From contig NC_043000.1 in NCBI RefSeq assembly GCF_006345805.1, positions 92,690,001 to 92,754,000 of the forward strand: a stretch of DNA of 64,000 nt, read 5' to 3'. The stretch comes from Octopus sinensis. Taxonomy: Eukaryota. The notes beneath the pieces are model-generated. The model ran no database searches and was not told the DNA's origin. It saw only the letters and a list, made by a program, of their open reading frames with translations. Every line of letters starts with the position of its first letter. The stretch's first letter is position 1. Below are positions 13,020-24,620 of this stretch, piece by piece. The translations under genes and the position numbers were made by a program.

Positions 13020-14300
13020 CAAACGTGAGTCGGCCTCCTCCTTTCTGTCTTCTCTGGGCATTCAGGCAGGTCTATGAGCCTCCTGATGCCTCTCAGACAC
13101 CTATCCTTCATCAGCCTGTATAGGTTTTCCCCGCATCCAGGCACATCTCATATGTGTGTCACTATTTGGATGCAAAAGTTTCACTGTATGCTGTTGTGGA
13201 ATTTGTCTTTCCAAATAATCGTCTTTAGAGTTATATTCAGTTAAAATTATTTCTTCATTGTTCTTTTGTGTCTTTTTTTCGGGGCGGTGGAGCGGGGTCT
13301 TTTTTATCTGTGGTGTATGGTTGTCTTTTTCCTGTGGGGGACGTGGGTGAGAAAGGTGCATGTAAACGTTTGTGAACTGTCATTCCCCTTCGGACACCTC
13401 CATGAATTTGTCTGGGGACATTATGTTTCAAACACAAGGTACCTCAGAAATCAGGTGGGCAGGAGTTTTATTAATGTGGTTGGGCTTGTGTATGTTGGGG
13501 TTGGGTCTTTTCATTACTTTATTTGGGGTGGCACCACAACAGGGGGAGTGGGAGCATTTGTTTTTGTGGGGGCTAGTGTATGTGTGGGTTTGGGGATGTT
13601 TTGAATAGCTGTGGGGACTGGTGTCTGTAACAGTTTTTTCTCTTTTTTCTTCTTTTCCTCCTCTTCTTTTTTTCTTCACAATCGCTTCGAATGTGGCCTT
13701 TTTTCTACATTCGAAGCAAGTAACCTTTTTAACCTCCGTTTGAACTTGGAGGGTAAATTTTTCACCCACGCATACCCGGTCCGGAAGGTTTTCAATGTCT
13801 TCTGGTGCCCCTTGGCTGATGGCTAAAATGCTCTTCCCTGTCCAGTATTGGGAGGCAGAGCATGAAATCTGAAGGAATTGTATTTTGTCTGTCCTGTTGT
13901 ACAACAGGGCAGCCATCACCTCCCAAGGGTCTATTTCCGGCGGCACCTTTGTCACTCTCACACGAGAAGTACGTCTTCCCCTGTAAGAGGGCAGAAGCGC
14001 CACGTCTTTTCGTGGGCCAACTCTCTGTCTTGAAACGGACTTCAATGGTTGCAAAAACATCGCCCCTTGCGATATGAGTGATATCATTCCATACAGGGTG
14101 CAAGGCATTTCTCAATAACATTTTCTTTGAAATGTTCAAAACGTCTTCCTTCCATACAGAAGGATCTGAAGACCACAGTTCTCTTCTCTGTCTCTTCAAC
14201 ATCGAACACGGCCATTATCCTGATATCACCGTCTTCGTCCTTCATTCTGGAAAAATATTCTTTCAAATCTTCATTGTTCAACACAATGCTCTTTGTTCAC
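13020..14300 (-). pseudogene. Disrupted ORF1 (gag-like, CX2CX4HX4C zinc knuckle) of the L1/Tx1-like element
   Basis: Restoring one nucleotide at about 13696 gives CFECRKKGHIRSDC (13678-13718); upstream PSYRGRRTSRVRVTKVPPEID; several frameshifts. Confidence 0.7.
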
Positions 14301-14791
14301 CAAATTAGTTCAGACCTTGCCCCCACCTTTACGGGGCGTGGCACAAGAAAAAATGCCTACGCTGGCTCGAAAAAAGTTTCAATTGCACAAAAAAGATTTT
14401 CGCCTTACCTTCCCGATAGAGAAGCATAAAAAACTCAAAGTACACGTAATCCATACAAACAATACTCCAATGAACACAAATAGTTAATTTGCAATAACAA
14501 CGAATTTTTCCCCCCCACTTTGGAGTGCGTGGCACATGAAAAAGTTTCAGTGCTCAATTGAAGTTAAAAAGGATTTTATACCTTACCTTCCTGATAGGGA
14601 AGCATAAAAATCGAAAAAACATGTAAATCCACAAAAATGGTACTCCAACGAACACAAGCAGTTAATCCATAATAACAAGATACGTCTTGCTCCAAAGTAA
14701 AGTGCAACATGGCAGCAACGGTAATGGGAAGCACCCTCCAAAACGGAGGTAAGCAAGCTACTTACCACACAACCACTACTGCATCTGTATA

Positions 14792-15188
14792 TACTCTTTT
14801 ACTCTTTTACTTGTTTCAGTCATTTGACTGCGGCCATGCTGGAACACCGCCTTTAGTTGAGCAACTCGACCCCGGGACTTATTCTTTGTAAGCCCAGTAC
14901 TTATTCTATCGGTCTCTTTTGCCGAACCACTAAGTGACGGGGACATAAACACACCAGCATCGGTTGTCAAGCAATGCTAGGGGGACAAACACAGACACAC
15001 AAACATACATGCACATCCATATATATACATATATACGATGGGCTTCTTTCAGTTTCCGTCTACCAAATCCACTCACAAAGCTTTGGTTGGCCCGAGGCTA
15101 TAGTAGAAGACATTTGCCCAAGGTGCCACACAGTGGGACTGAACCCGGAACCATGTGGTTGGTAAGCAAGCTACTTACCACACAGCCA
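14792..15188 (-). mobile_element. SINE family A copy
   Basis: Full unit with a (tactcttt) tail on the + strand. Confidence 0.9.
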
Positions 15189-15217
15189 TTATAGTGTATA
15201 TAATGTGTGTAAATGTG

Positions 15218-15455
15218 GGTGTGTGTGGCTTAGTGGTTACGACGTTGGACTCATGATTGTAAGATTGTGGTTTCAATCCCTGAACCAGGTGATGCATTAT
15301 GTTCTTGAGCAAAGCACTTCATTTCACATTACTCCAGTCCACTCAGCAAGCAAAAATGAGTTATCATGTGGTTGACTGGCGACCCATCCACGTGCAGAAC
15401 TTATACGGCATGGAAACTGGCAAACTGGCCCTTATGAGTTAGCATGATTCAAGGA
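15218..15455 (+). mobile_element. tRNA-derived SINE, family C/D
   Basis: gtgtggcttagtggttac...ggtttcaatccc (A and B boxes), then ttcttgagcaaagcacttcatttcac shared with 27540-27790, 31040-31370, 38120-38358, 54125-54420 and 63430-63735. Confidence 0.75.
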
Positions 15456-15821
15456 GGTAGATGTAACTTTTAACTTTTAATGTATGTAAATATACATTAT
15501 ATATATTTTATATAAGCATGTGTGTATATGTATGTGCATGTATATACATAGCCATATATATGTGTGTGTGCGCGCATAAGTATGCACAAATTTTCCTTAT
15601 ATGTCCAATTATGTATTTATCTATTGAATGATATAATGGGTAAACTATTTGAAAAATATGAATTAGCCATGTGATATTGAAATTGATTTTATAATTTGTT
15701 CCAGAACTATCCAGGGAAATACCGTTATCATCAATATATGAATTATAACCTCTGGATTTGTAACTAGTTTGATAAGTGCTAATGTGTGAAACTTTTAGTC
15801 CCTGAGTTACTCTGTTGATTC

Positions 15822-15970
15822 TACGTTTTATTTATTATTTTGCACATTACTTAATCATTGTTATATGTTTTATCTTATATTTAATCTTTCTATAATATGT
15901 AATTTTTCTAGATGGTATAATTTAACTTTTCATTATTGAATTGATAAAAGGTGTTTTTTTTTCTAATTTA
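15822..15970 (+). repeat. AT-rich dispersed repeat abutting (TA)n; inverted copy at 36077-36220
   Basis: tacgttttatttattattttgcacattacttaatcat...gaattgataaaaggtgttttttt is the reverse complement of 36077-36220. Confidence 0.85.
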
Positions 15971-15991
15971 TACATACATATATACATATAT

Positions 15992-16828
15992 CCGGATTCC
16001 CGTTTGCGCCGTGAACAGGAATTAATCTTCTCTCTTCGCTCTTATACGCCATTTGGTCTCAACTCTCCCCCCCTCCTCATCTAAACCCCCCCTCCTCATC
16101 TACCCCCTCCTCACCTACCTTCCCCCCCGACCCCTACTTCTTCAGTCCTTCATCCTTCACCCCTACTCCCCTTCCCTTCTTCCTCTTTCTCCCTCCCTCC
16201 TTCCCTCTTCCCCTTCCCTCTCTCCCTCCCCCCTCTCTCCCCCTCTCCTCTTCTCCTCCTTCCTCCTCCCCTCCTCCTTCCCCTTCCTTCTCCCCCTATC
16301 CCCCTCTCTCTCCCCCTCTCTCCTCCCCTCTCTCCCCTCCTCTCCTCCCCTCTCTCCTCTCTCCACACTACACCACACGACTTTACACATCACATCATAT
16401 ATGATGTGCCATACCAATACATACTAATACATACTAATACATACTAATACATACACCAACCCTATACATACACACGTCCAGACCTCTCATACGCACTAAT
16501 ACTCTCTCATACACACACACACCCTTATGTTGGAGCTGGTCACTCAACCATATTATCTCCCCTAATTTCGCTCTCGCGTCTCATGTTTGATCTTTGACTC
16601 CTGGCCGAAATCAGATCGCCATGTTGGTTCGTTAGTTACTGCACGCATTTTTTTTCTCTCCTTCTTTCTGTGTTTTTTTCTCTCTGTGTATCTTTCTGTT
16701 GAAGAGCGTAGGCTCGAAACATTAAAGACTTGTTTTATTTGTATTTCCTGAGTGCCATACTAATACAATTGTTTGTTTGTTTTCCACCTGCCTTCGTCTT
16801 TTGTCTATTTTCATAAAGCTTCCCGTTA
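15992..16828 (+). mobile_element. 3' fragment of a Penelope-like element (GIY-YIG C-terminus, CT-rich tract, pLTR with hammerhead motif)
   Basis: 15992-16063 translates PDSRLRREQELIFSLRSYTPFGLN (RxxRExxxIxxLxxxxPxGLN pattern of PLE GIY-YIG ends); hammerhead-like core at 16691-16728; flanked by TA-type microsatellites. Confidence 0.75.
16691..16728 (+). ncRNA. Minimal hammerhead-ribozyme-like motif (degenerate)
   Basis: tcttt-CTGTTGA-a-GAGC-gtag-GCTC-GAAAC-att-aaaga: stems I and II pair, core deviates from CUGANGA at one position. Confidence 0.6.
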
Positions 16829-16845
16829 TATATATATATACATAC

Positions 16846-16895
<50 letters not shown>

Positions 16896-16904
16896 ATATG
16901 TATG

Positions 16905-17115
16905 TATTCTTTTATAATTTTGACTGCAGCCATGCTGGAGTTCCACCTTTAGTCGAGCAAATCGACCCCAGGACTTATTCTTTGTAAACCTAGTACTTAT
17001 TCTATCGGTCTCTTCTGCTGAACCAGCTCAGAAACACACCAACATTGGTTGTCAAGCGATGGTGGGGGGACAAAGACAGACACAAACACATATGCACACA
17101 CATAAATATATATGA

Positions 17116-17146
<31 letters not shown>

Positions 17147-17230
17147 ATATATATATATATATATACACATACATATATATGAACAACAGGCTTCTTTCAG
17201 TTTCTGTCTGCCAAATCTTCTCAGAAGGCC
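16905..17230 (-). mobile_element. SINE family A copy (head missing)
   Basis: tgactgcagccatgctggag...caggcttctttcagtttctgtctgccaaatc. Confidence 0.8.
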
Positions 17231-19077
17231 TTACTGAAAATCCAAGCTTATCCAGACTGTTCTATGTGTCTATGTATGTACATATATATCATACATATGT
17301 ATGAACATATGTATGTGCATATGTATGTATGTATATATGTAGGTAGGTAGGTAGGTATTAGGTGTGTGTGTGTATAGTATGCATGTATGTGTGCATGTTT
17401 ATACATAATGTAAGCACACAGCATACTTCTATAATTGTTAGACTCATGATCATTAGTTGCAGGTTTAATTCAGATCAGATGTATTTCCTTTTGATCAAGG
17501 TGCTTCATTTTGTGCAACTTACATCCACTCAGCTGAAAGTGAATACCAGCAATACCTTGATGTTAACCCTGCAATGGACTGATATCCTGGTGAAGAGCAA
17601 TTTGAATCTATGCAGTCTATGTGTTATGGGACATAAAGAGAGAACACTGGCTTTAAGTTTCTCTAAAGCAATTCAATTTATTACTTGAAGAAATAAATCT
17701 AAAGTCACACAACCAACTAGTTTAAGAACCAGTTGATATTTTGTTTATTAGTTAAAGTTTTTCATTCCATTTTTAAAGTGTTTACACTACTTGGTGAGAT
17801 AAATTAAAGCATATCAAGGAGATGAAAGTTATCCACAACTACATATATAATACATCCATGAATTGTAGCTTTTACACAATACTAACAACTATCAAATCTA
17901 TCATTAAGTTTTAATTGTATAATTTGCTCTTTTTTATAAGGTTCTCTTATGTATAATGTACATTCTTAATCATGGACAATGAAACCACAATAAAATTTCT
18001 CATATATAAGATGCACCTATCTATATTTAGTAATAAGTATTTAATCAGATTTATTATAATTGTTGTAGAAATATATTGAAAATGTCACCACAGTTTAAAT
18101 TAGGAACTGACTTTTGATCTTCACTGTCGTTGGCTGTAAAAGTACACAAGCATTAGGAAAACCACATGATAATAATTTTTCTTGGAAAGTAATGGCAGAT
18201 TATGTATAAATAAATATGGGATTTAAAATAGAATGGAATGAATTGATAAAAATTTCACAGTTTTTGTTATCAGTTTGAGTAACTCTGCATATGGACTCCC
18301 TTGAAAATACCTCAAGAATAACTTTATGTATTTGTAAGGGACAACAGCCTTTTTTTAAAGCCTTTAAGCAGCAGCTGTGTGGGTTGAGTACAGAAATACT
18401 TCAACAACTAGTAAATGTAATGATAATGGTAAAAGTGGAAGAGTGTAGAGGATAATAATATCTCAAATGGTTAAGTGTCCATCCTGGGCATTGTGGCAGA
18501 AAGGTAAGCAATAGGAAAGTTTAACCGGAAAGGTTTCAGCACTTTGGCCGAAAGACATCATAATTCCTGAATTTAATCTTCTGACCATTTGACCATAAAG
18601 GCTGGAAACATTATCTGCAGTCTTCCATTGCAATTGAGAATTAATAGCATCATGAAGAGAAGGGTGCAAGGGTGTGAAAACAAAGCAAAACAAAAACAGA
18701 AAAAAAGAAGATAAAATGAAGAAAAGAGTAAAAACAAGCAAATATCTTTATATTGAAATCCATTCAGGTAAGTCATGGTATTTAGAAGCCATGATTTACC
18801 CACTACTTTTTGTTTTGTCCAGAGGTCAGAAGTCAGTGAGCATTAACATAAACTAAACATTATAACTATTCCACCTCTCGTTCCCTCTCACCCCACTCAT
18901 CCACACACTTATTCATATATACATATACACACATATAAAACATAATGTATAAATATATATACCATATATAATATAATAACATGTATATATATATGTATAT
19001 ACATAGCATACATATACATAAATATGTATATATACATGCATATACATTTATATTTTATATATATTATATACACAAAC

Positions 19078-19109
<32 letters not shown>

Positions 19110-20329
19110 AATGCATATGTCGTGTACATATATTTGTATGTATAGATGTACATATCTATGTGTGTATTATATTACAAACTCAATCGGCATGATAAATAAA
19201 TAGAGAGATATATGAAGACACAGACAAAGTGAATTAAAGAGAAAGAAATATATATATATATATATATATAGAAAGAGAGAGAGTGAAAGAGAGAGAGAGA
19301 GAAGAAAGAGAAGAAAAAAATTAATAGAACATAAACATACAAAAGAAAAATAAATAAAATGTCAACTAAGAAAATAAAAAAATAGTAGTGAGTCAATGAG
19401 TGAGAGAGGGGGGGGGAATGAAGAGAGAGAGGAGAGATTATTAGATCAGTTGAAGGAAGACTAGAGCTCAAAGGTTGCTTCTAAATATCAGAATTTCGGA
19501 CACCGACAAAAATTAAATTTAATTGACCAGAAAATATTTTTCTTAGTGTGAAGAAGAATTTGAGTAATTTGTCTCAAAAATCAGCCTAAAAGTGAAAATC
19601 TATTTCTTTTTCTTTTTATTTTTGCTATTCATATATTTCTTTCTTTCATTCGTTGTTGAATTTTCTTTTCGTTTTTTTTCTTTTCTTTTCTGTTTCTATT
19701 TCTTTACTTTTATTTATTTATTTATGCTTTTCTTTTCGGTCTGTCCTTTTCTATTTTGGCGTGCTCCATCAAAAGTGTACACAAATTCAAAAATAACAGA
19801 CAGGCTAAGGGGTTATAACGATAATAATGCTAATAATGATGATGACATTGGCGGTGGTAGTGCTGGTGGTGCTGGTCTTTTTAGGTGATAGGGACGGTGG
19901 TGGAGGTGTTGGTGGTTATGAAACAGAACAAGTGGAATAAGCTGAAGTGATTTCTTCCACTCGACATAGATACAGGGAAAAGTTGGTAAAAATCTCTGGC
20001 AATGAGGTTTTTGCAGGGACTAAATCACTTCCATTACATTGGTCATACTGAAATAGGTTTCTCAGTTTATAGTGTACAACTGTACAATCTTGGAAAATAT
20101 GTGACTCGGTTTTTACGTATATACATGCATTCATATGTTTATGTATAAGTATTTCTTCTCTGTATGTGTTTACACACACTTATGTTATACACATATACTT
20201 ACACACATGTACATATATGTATATATAGTTGTGTGTGTATGTACATGTGTGTGTGTATGTATGTATGTATGTATGTATGTATGTATGTATGTATGTATGT
20301 ATGTATGTATGTATGTTTGTATGTCATTA

Positions 20330-21078
20330 TTCAGTTTTATTTCAAGATTTCCTTGCCAATAGAAAAAGAACCAGTTTCTAACCTAGATCTAAGCCTCCTT
20401 CATTGGAATTTCAACATCAATAGGGTATTTTTGCATGTATGTATGTATAAATACAGATTTGTGTTTTGCTTTATGTATATATTTTCATGCACATACTTGC
20501 ATGTCTAGACATGCTCATATATACCTAAATGATAAACTTCTGAAAATTTTAAAGACTTTTACAGTTCCAGTGATGGCATGGATTTGTAGTCCTTGAATCA
20601 GCTTTCTCCTTTCTGGTTTTAAGAAGCCTAATTTCTCAAGCTCAGTATTTAGACAATGTGTTACATATCGCAGTGCTCCATTAATTACAGGTATAAACCT
20701 GAGCTTGTAATCTGGGTGGAGAAACTGTAGTTTTCTCAATAGTTCAACACAAGTACTTTTTTCACTGATCTTTAGCTTTACGTTAACATCTGCTGGGCAT
20801 CTAATTTCCACAACTGTACACAGTTTCTCTTCTCTATCCCAAATCATTATATCAGGTCTGTTGTGCTTACATTTTATTGAGGTTTTCACTGGGACATTCC
20901 ACCAGAACACCCTTTTATTATGAGTGGCTATGAGTTCTATCATACTGTGGGTTCTTATTTCTTTGTCCTCAGGGTTATCCTTCTGACAGATTTCATTATA
21001 GAGCATCCTAGCTAAAACATCTTGTTTCATTGGTAGCTAATACTGTGATGGCATTTTCAGACAACTGCTTATGGTGTG
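20330..21078 (-). mobile_element. R4/Dong-like RLE LINE 3' fragment
   Basis: ORF 20515-21030: KHNRPDIMIWDREEKLCTVVEIRCPAD...IPVINGALRYV (PD-(D/E)xK-type RLE motifs). Confidence 0.85.
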
Positions 21079-21265
21079 ATATTGTGTGATAGCTCTACAA
21101 AGTTTGCATCAGTTATCACATTTTGCTGCTTTTCCTGGATTCCTGTCCCTTTTGTGCATGTATGTATGTGTAGTGACAGTGTGAATAAGCAGTTTTCAAC
21201 GATCTATCTATCTGTCTCTCCATTTATCTATCTATCTATCTATCTATTTATCTATTCATCTATCA

Positions 21266-21302
<37 letters not shown>

Positions 21303-21407
21303 TATATATATATACAACATATAATATATATGTGTGTCTGTGCGTATGTGTGTGCATGAATGTATATGTATATTATATATATGTGTATATATATATATAT
21401 ATATATA

Positions 21408-21896
21408 GAAATTCGGGGTGAGTACTTGATAATTATAAGCACCGTGTATACCGTTGTGGTTAGGTGGTGGAGTAAATTGATCAAAATAAAAACATGATGC
21501 GAAGGATTCAGCGGTACATATGTTTCGGGCCTTTATTAGACAGATTTATAACAATGCATAATGTATGTCTGTGGCCTTCTTCAGCCGCGCACAACAGCTT
21601 CCACAAGGACATGTGTTACATCAAAAATTCTTGGTTGGGGATGCAAATCCTCTCATTCACGTACGACATAATGCGGCAGCAGCATAGAGTTGAAGCGTCC
21701 ATCTCTTTCTTCTCTCAATGTAGAATGAGGAAATTGGATGTTGAGGTAATGTAAATAAATAAAATATATAGAGGTGAAGATGGAGGGGCAAGAGTTCGGG
21801 ACGAGAGATAAAAAATGTATAAATCTGTCTAATAAAGGCCCGAAACATATGTACCGCTGAATCCTTCGCATCATGTTTTTTATTTTGATCAATTTA
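21408..21896 (-). mobile_element. Penelope-like pLTR fragment with an inverted terminal duplication, inside (TA)n
   Basis: 21473-21550 and 21818-21896 are inverted repeats (one indel); hammerhead at 21511-21588; TA tracts on both sides. Confidence 0.75.
21511..21588 (-). ncRNA. Type I hammerhead ribozyme (PLE type)
   Basis: Minus strand gcgg-CTGAAGA-a-ggcc...ggcc-c-GAAAC-atat-GTA-ccgc: intact core, stem I gcgg/ccgc, stem II ggcc/ggcc, palindromic stem III ACATATGT, GUA cleavage triplet. Confidence 0.8.
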
Positions 21897-21948
21897 TATA
21901 ATATATATATTATATATAGATATATAGATAGATAGATAGATAGAATAG

Positions 21949-22024
<76 letters not shown>

Positions 22025-22163
22025 TGATAGATAGATAGATAGATATATATCTACATATATGAATTATGAATTTATATATATATATATATATATAGATATT
22101 AGATAGATAGATAGATAAATAGATAAGATAGATAATAGATAGATATATATATATATATAGATG

Positions 22164-22199
<36 letters not shown>

Positions 22200-22264
22200 T
22201 GATGATAGATAGATAGATATATATCTACATATATGAATATATGATTTATATATATTTATATATA

Positions 22265-22310
<46 letters not shown>

Positions 22311-22325
22311 GAATATGCATATATA
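21897..22325. repeat. (TAGA)n/(TA)n microsatellite
   Basis: Seen directly. Confidence 0.95.
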
Positions 22326-22911
22326 CATGTAAGTGTGTAAGTGTTAATGAATGTATACATATATTATGCATATCCTATTTAACATGACTGAGAAAATGTG
22401 ATAATTTAATTACAATCATTATTTGTTCTTTTTGTTTTTGACTGATTATCAATGATTTACCATTGATTTTTGTAAACTGTGAAAGAAAACTAAAGTGCCA
22501 GCCGCAAAATTATTTTACTGAAATTTGTTAGCTACAACATATAATATGTTAAATAATTCCAAATACTGAAAATTGTTAGGATACCTTTGGGGTCCTTTAG
22601 CATTATTCATGGCAACCAGCACAATATACCCATGTTTAGAATATTCTATATTAAACCTTCCTATTGTTCCGAGCACAAGATGAATAATGAAAGGTTGTAT
22701 ATTATGTTTTCAAATATTTTAAAAAGTAATTGAAGTAGAAGCATTTTATTTGAACTGAAATTTGGAAATGAAAGTATTGAACCTCCTCCTCACAAATTTG
22801 TTCTTGGTAGAAATTTGTTCAACTATAACCTATGACTAACACTTTTTTTTTGTATAGCTAGTCCCAATGTTCAATGTTTCCTCAGTCTTTATAACATTAT
22901 CTCTTTTTATT

Positions 22912-23128
22912 TTCTCTTTTACGTGTCTCAGTCATTTGACTGTGGCCATGCTGGAGCACCACCTTTAGTCGAGCAAATCAACCCCAGGACTTATTCTCTG
23001 TAAGCCTAGTACTTATTCTATCGGTCTCTTTTTCCGAACTGCTAGGTTACGGGAACATAAACACACCAGCATTGGTTGTCAAGAGATGTTGGGGGGACAA
23101 ACACAGACACACAAATATACACACACAT

Positions 23129-23175
<47 letters not shown>

Positions 23176-23348
23176 CATATATACGACAGGCTTCTTTCAG
23201 TTTCTGTCTACCAAATCCACTCACAAGGCATTGGTCAGCCCAAGGCTTTATAGTAGAAGACACTTGCCCAAGGTGTCATGCAGTGGGACTGAACCCGGAA
23301 CCATGTGGCTTGTAAGCAAGCTACTTACCACACAGCTACTCCTATGCC
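22912..23348 (-). mobile_element. SINE family A copy
   Basis: Full unit. Confidence 0.9.
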
Positions 23349-23571
23349 TTATGATTTTATTTGAAAAAGATTTGTTTAATATTTCTAGCTGGGTAATCAA
23401 ATTCATAGCAACCTCCCCAGTGACACTTATTGTGGTGTGTCATCATTATCATCATCTAACTAGCTGGCCCCGTACCATCAAAAATGATGGCTAATTGTAG
23501 TATTTTATGCATAAATAAAGACAAAAGATAGAATATGGATCGTAATTCAAATTAATACACTTGGCTCAGAG

Positions 23572-23962
23572 AAGCTGTGTGGTAAGTAGCTAGCTTACTA
23601 ACCACATGGTTCCGGTTTCGGTTTCACTGCACTGCACCTTGGGCAAGTGTCTTCTACTACAGCCTGGTGAATGGATTTGGTAGAAGGAAACTGAAAGAAG
23701 CTCATCGTATTATATATTTGTATGTGTGTGTGTGTGTGTGTGTATATATGTTTGTGTGTCTGTGTTTGTCCCCTCCAACATCGTTTGCCAACAGATGCTC
23801 TTGTGTTTTTGTCTCCGTAACTTAGCAGTTCAGCAAAAGAGACAAATAGAATAAGTACTAGGCTCAAAAAGAAGTCCTGGGTCGATTTGCTCGACTGAAG
23901 TTGGTGCTCCAGTATGGCCGCAGTCAAATGACTGAAACAATTAAAAGAAAAGAATAAAAAGA
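23572..23962 (+). mobile_element. SINE family A copy, inverted relative to its neighbour
   Basis: gctgtgtggtaagtagc...ccttgggcaagtgtcttc...cagtcaaatgactgaaacaa. Confidence 0.9.
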
Positions 23963-24223
23963 ATTCTCAATGTTATCTAGTGGTTGTCTTTTGAGATGTG
24001 ACATCGATCATCGTTTGTTACTGAAAGAACGCTAGTTCACACATATAAAGGTTCACATACTTCCCTTGTACATGCACACACATACACACATATACTCACA
24101 CAGATTTGAAACGCAGTTTGATCATTTTTTTCACGTTATTCATCTAACTCCCCTTCCTTTCTCATTCATATATCGCGAGGGAGAAAAACACAAGAGTATT
24201 ATTATAGTAGATATTTGTATTCT

Positions 24224-24440
24224 AAGGGCAGCAAGCTGCCAAAACAGCTGGCTTACTGGGGAAAATGCTTAGCGACATTTTGTCTGTCTTTATGTCCAGA
24301 ATTAAAATTCTGCTGAGGTTGACTTTGCCCTCCAACCTCTCAGGGTCAATAAACTAAGTACAAGTAAAACACTGGAGTTAATCTAATTGACTTACTCCCA
24401 CACCTGGAATTGCTGGCTCCATGCTAAAATTTGAAACCAA
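24224..24440 (+). mobile_element. SINE family B copy (diverged)
   Basis: aagggcagcaagctgcc...aattctgctgaggttgactttgcc. Confidence 0.7.
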
Positions 24441-24620
24441 TATTTTTATTCCATAGACAAAATAGTTTGAGAGCATCCAACAAGCCTGAAGGTTGTTTTG
24501 CACTCCAATATCTGCAATGGTAAGATTTCTATGACCAGGTGCCCTTTCTAACACCAACCACTTTATGAAAGGTGCTGATTGCATTTATCAAGGTGGCAGC
24601 ACTAGTGTGGTTGCTAAATA

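Larger units (their letters stand above)
11752..14747 (-). mobile_element. L1/Tx1-like non-LTR retrotransposon, both ends present but RT domain deleted
   Basis: 12-bp TSD GGTAAGCAAGCT (11740-11751 and 14748-14759); AATAAA at the minus-strand 3' end; ORF1 with zinc knuckle; ORF2 APE motifs; C-terminal Cys/His region. Confidence 0.85.

Noticed and set aside
19916-20179. 87-aa minus-strand ORF in unique sequence
   Set aside because: No recognisable domain, it starts in a microsatellite-rich flank, and there are no supporting splice sites.
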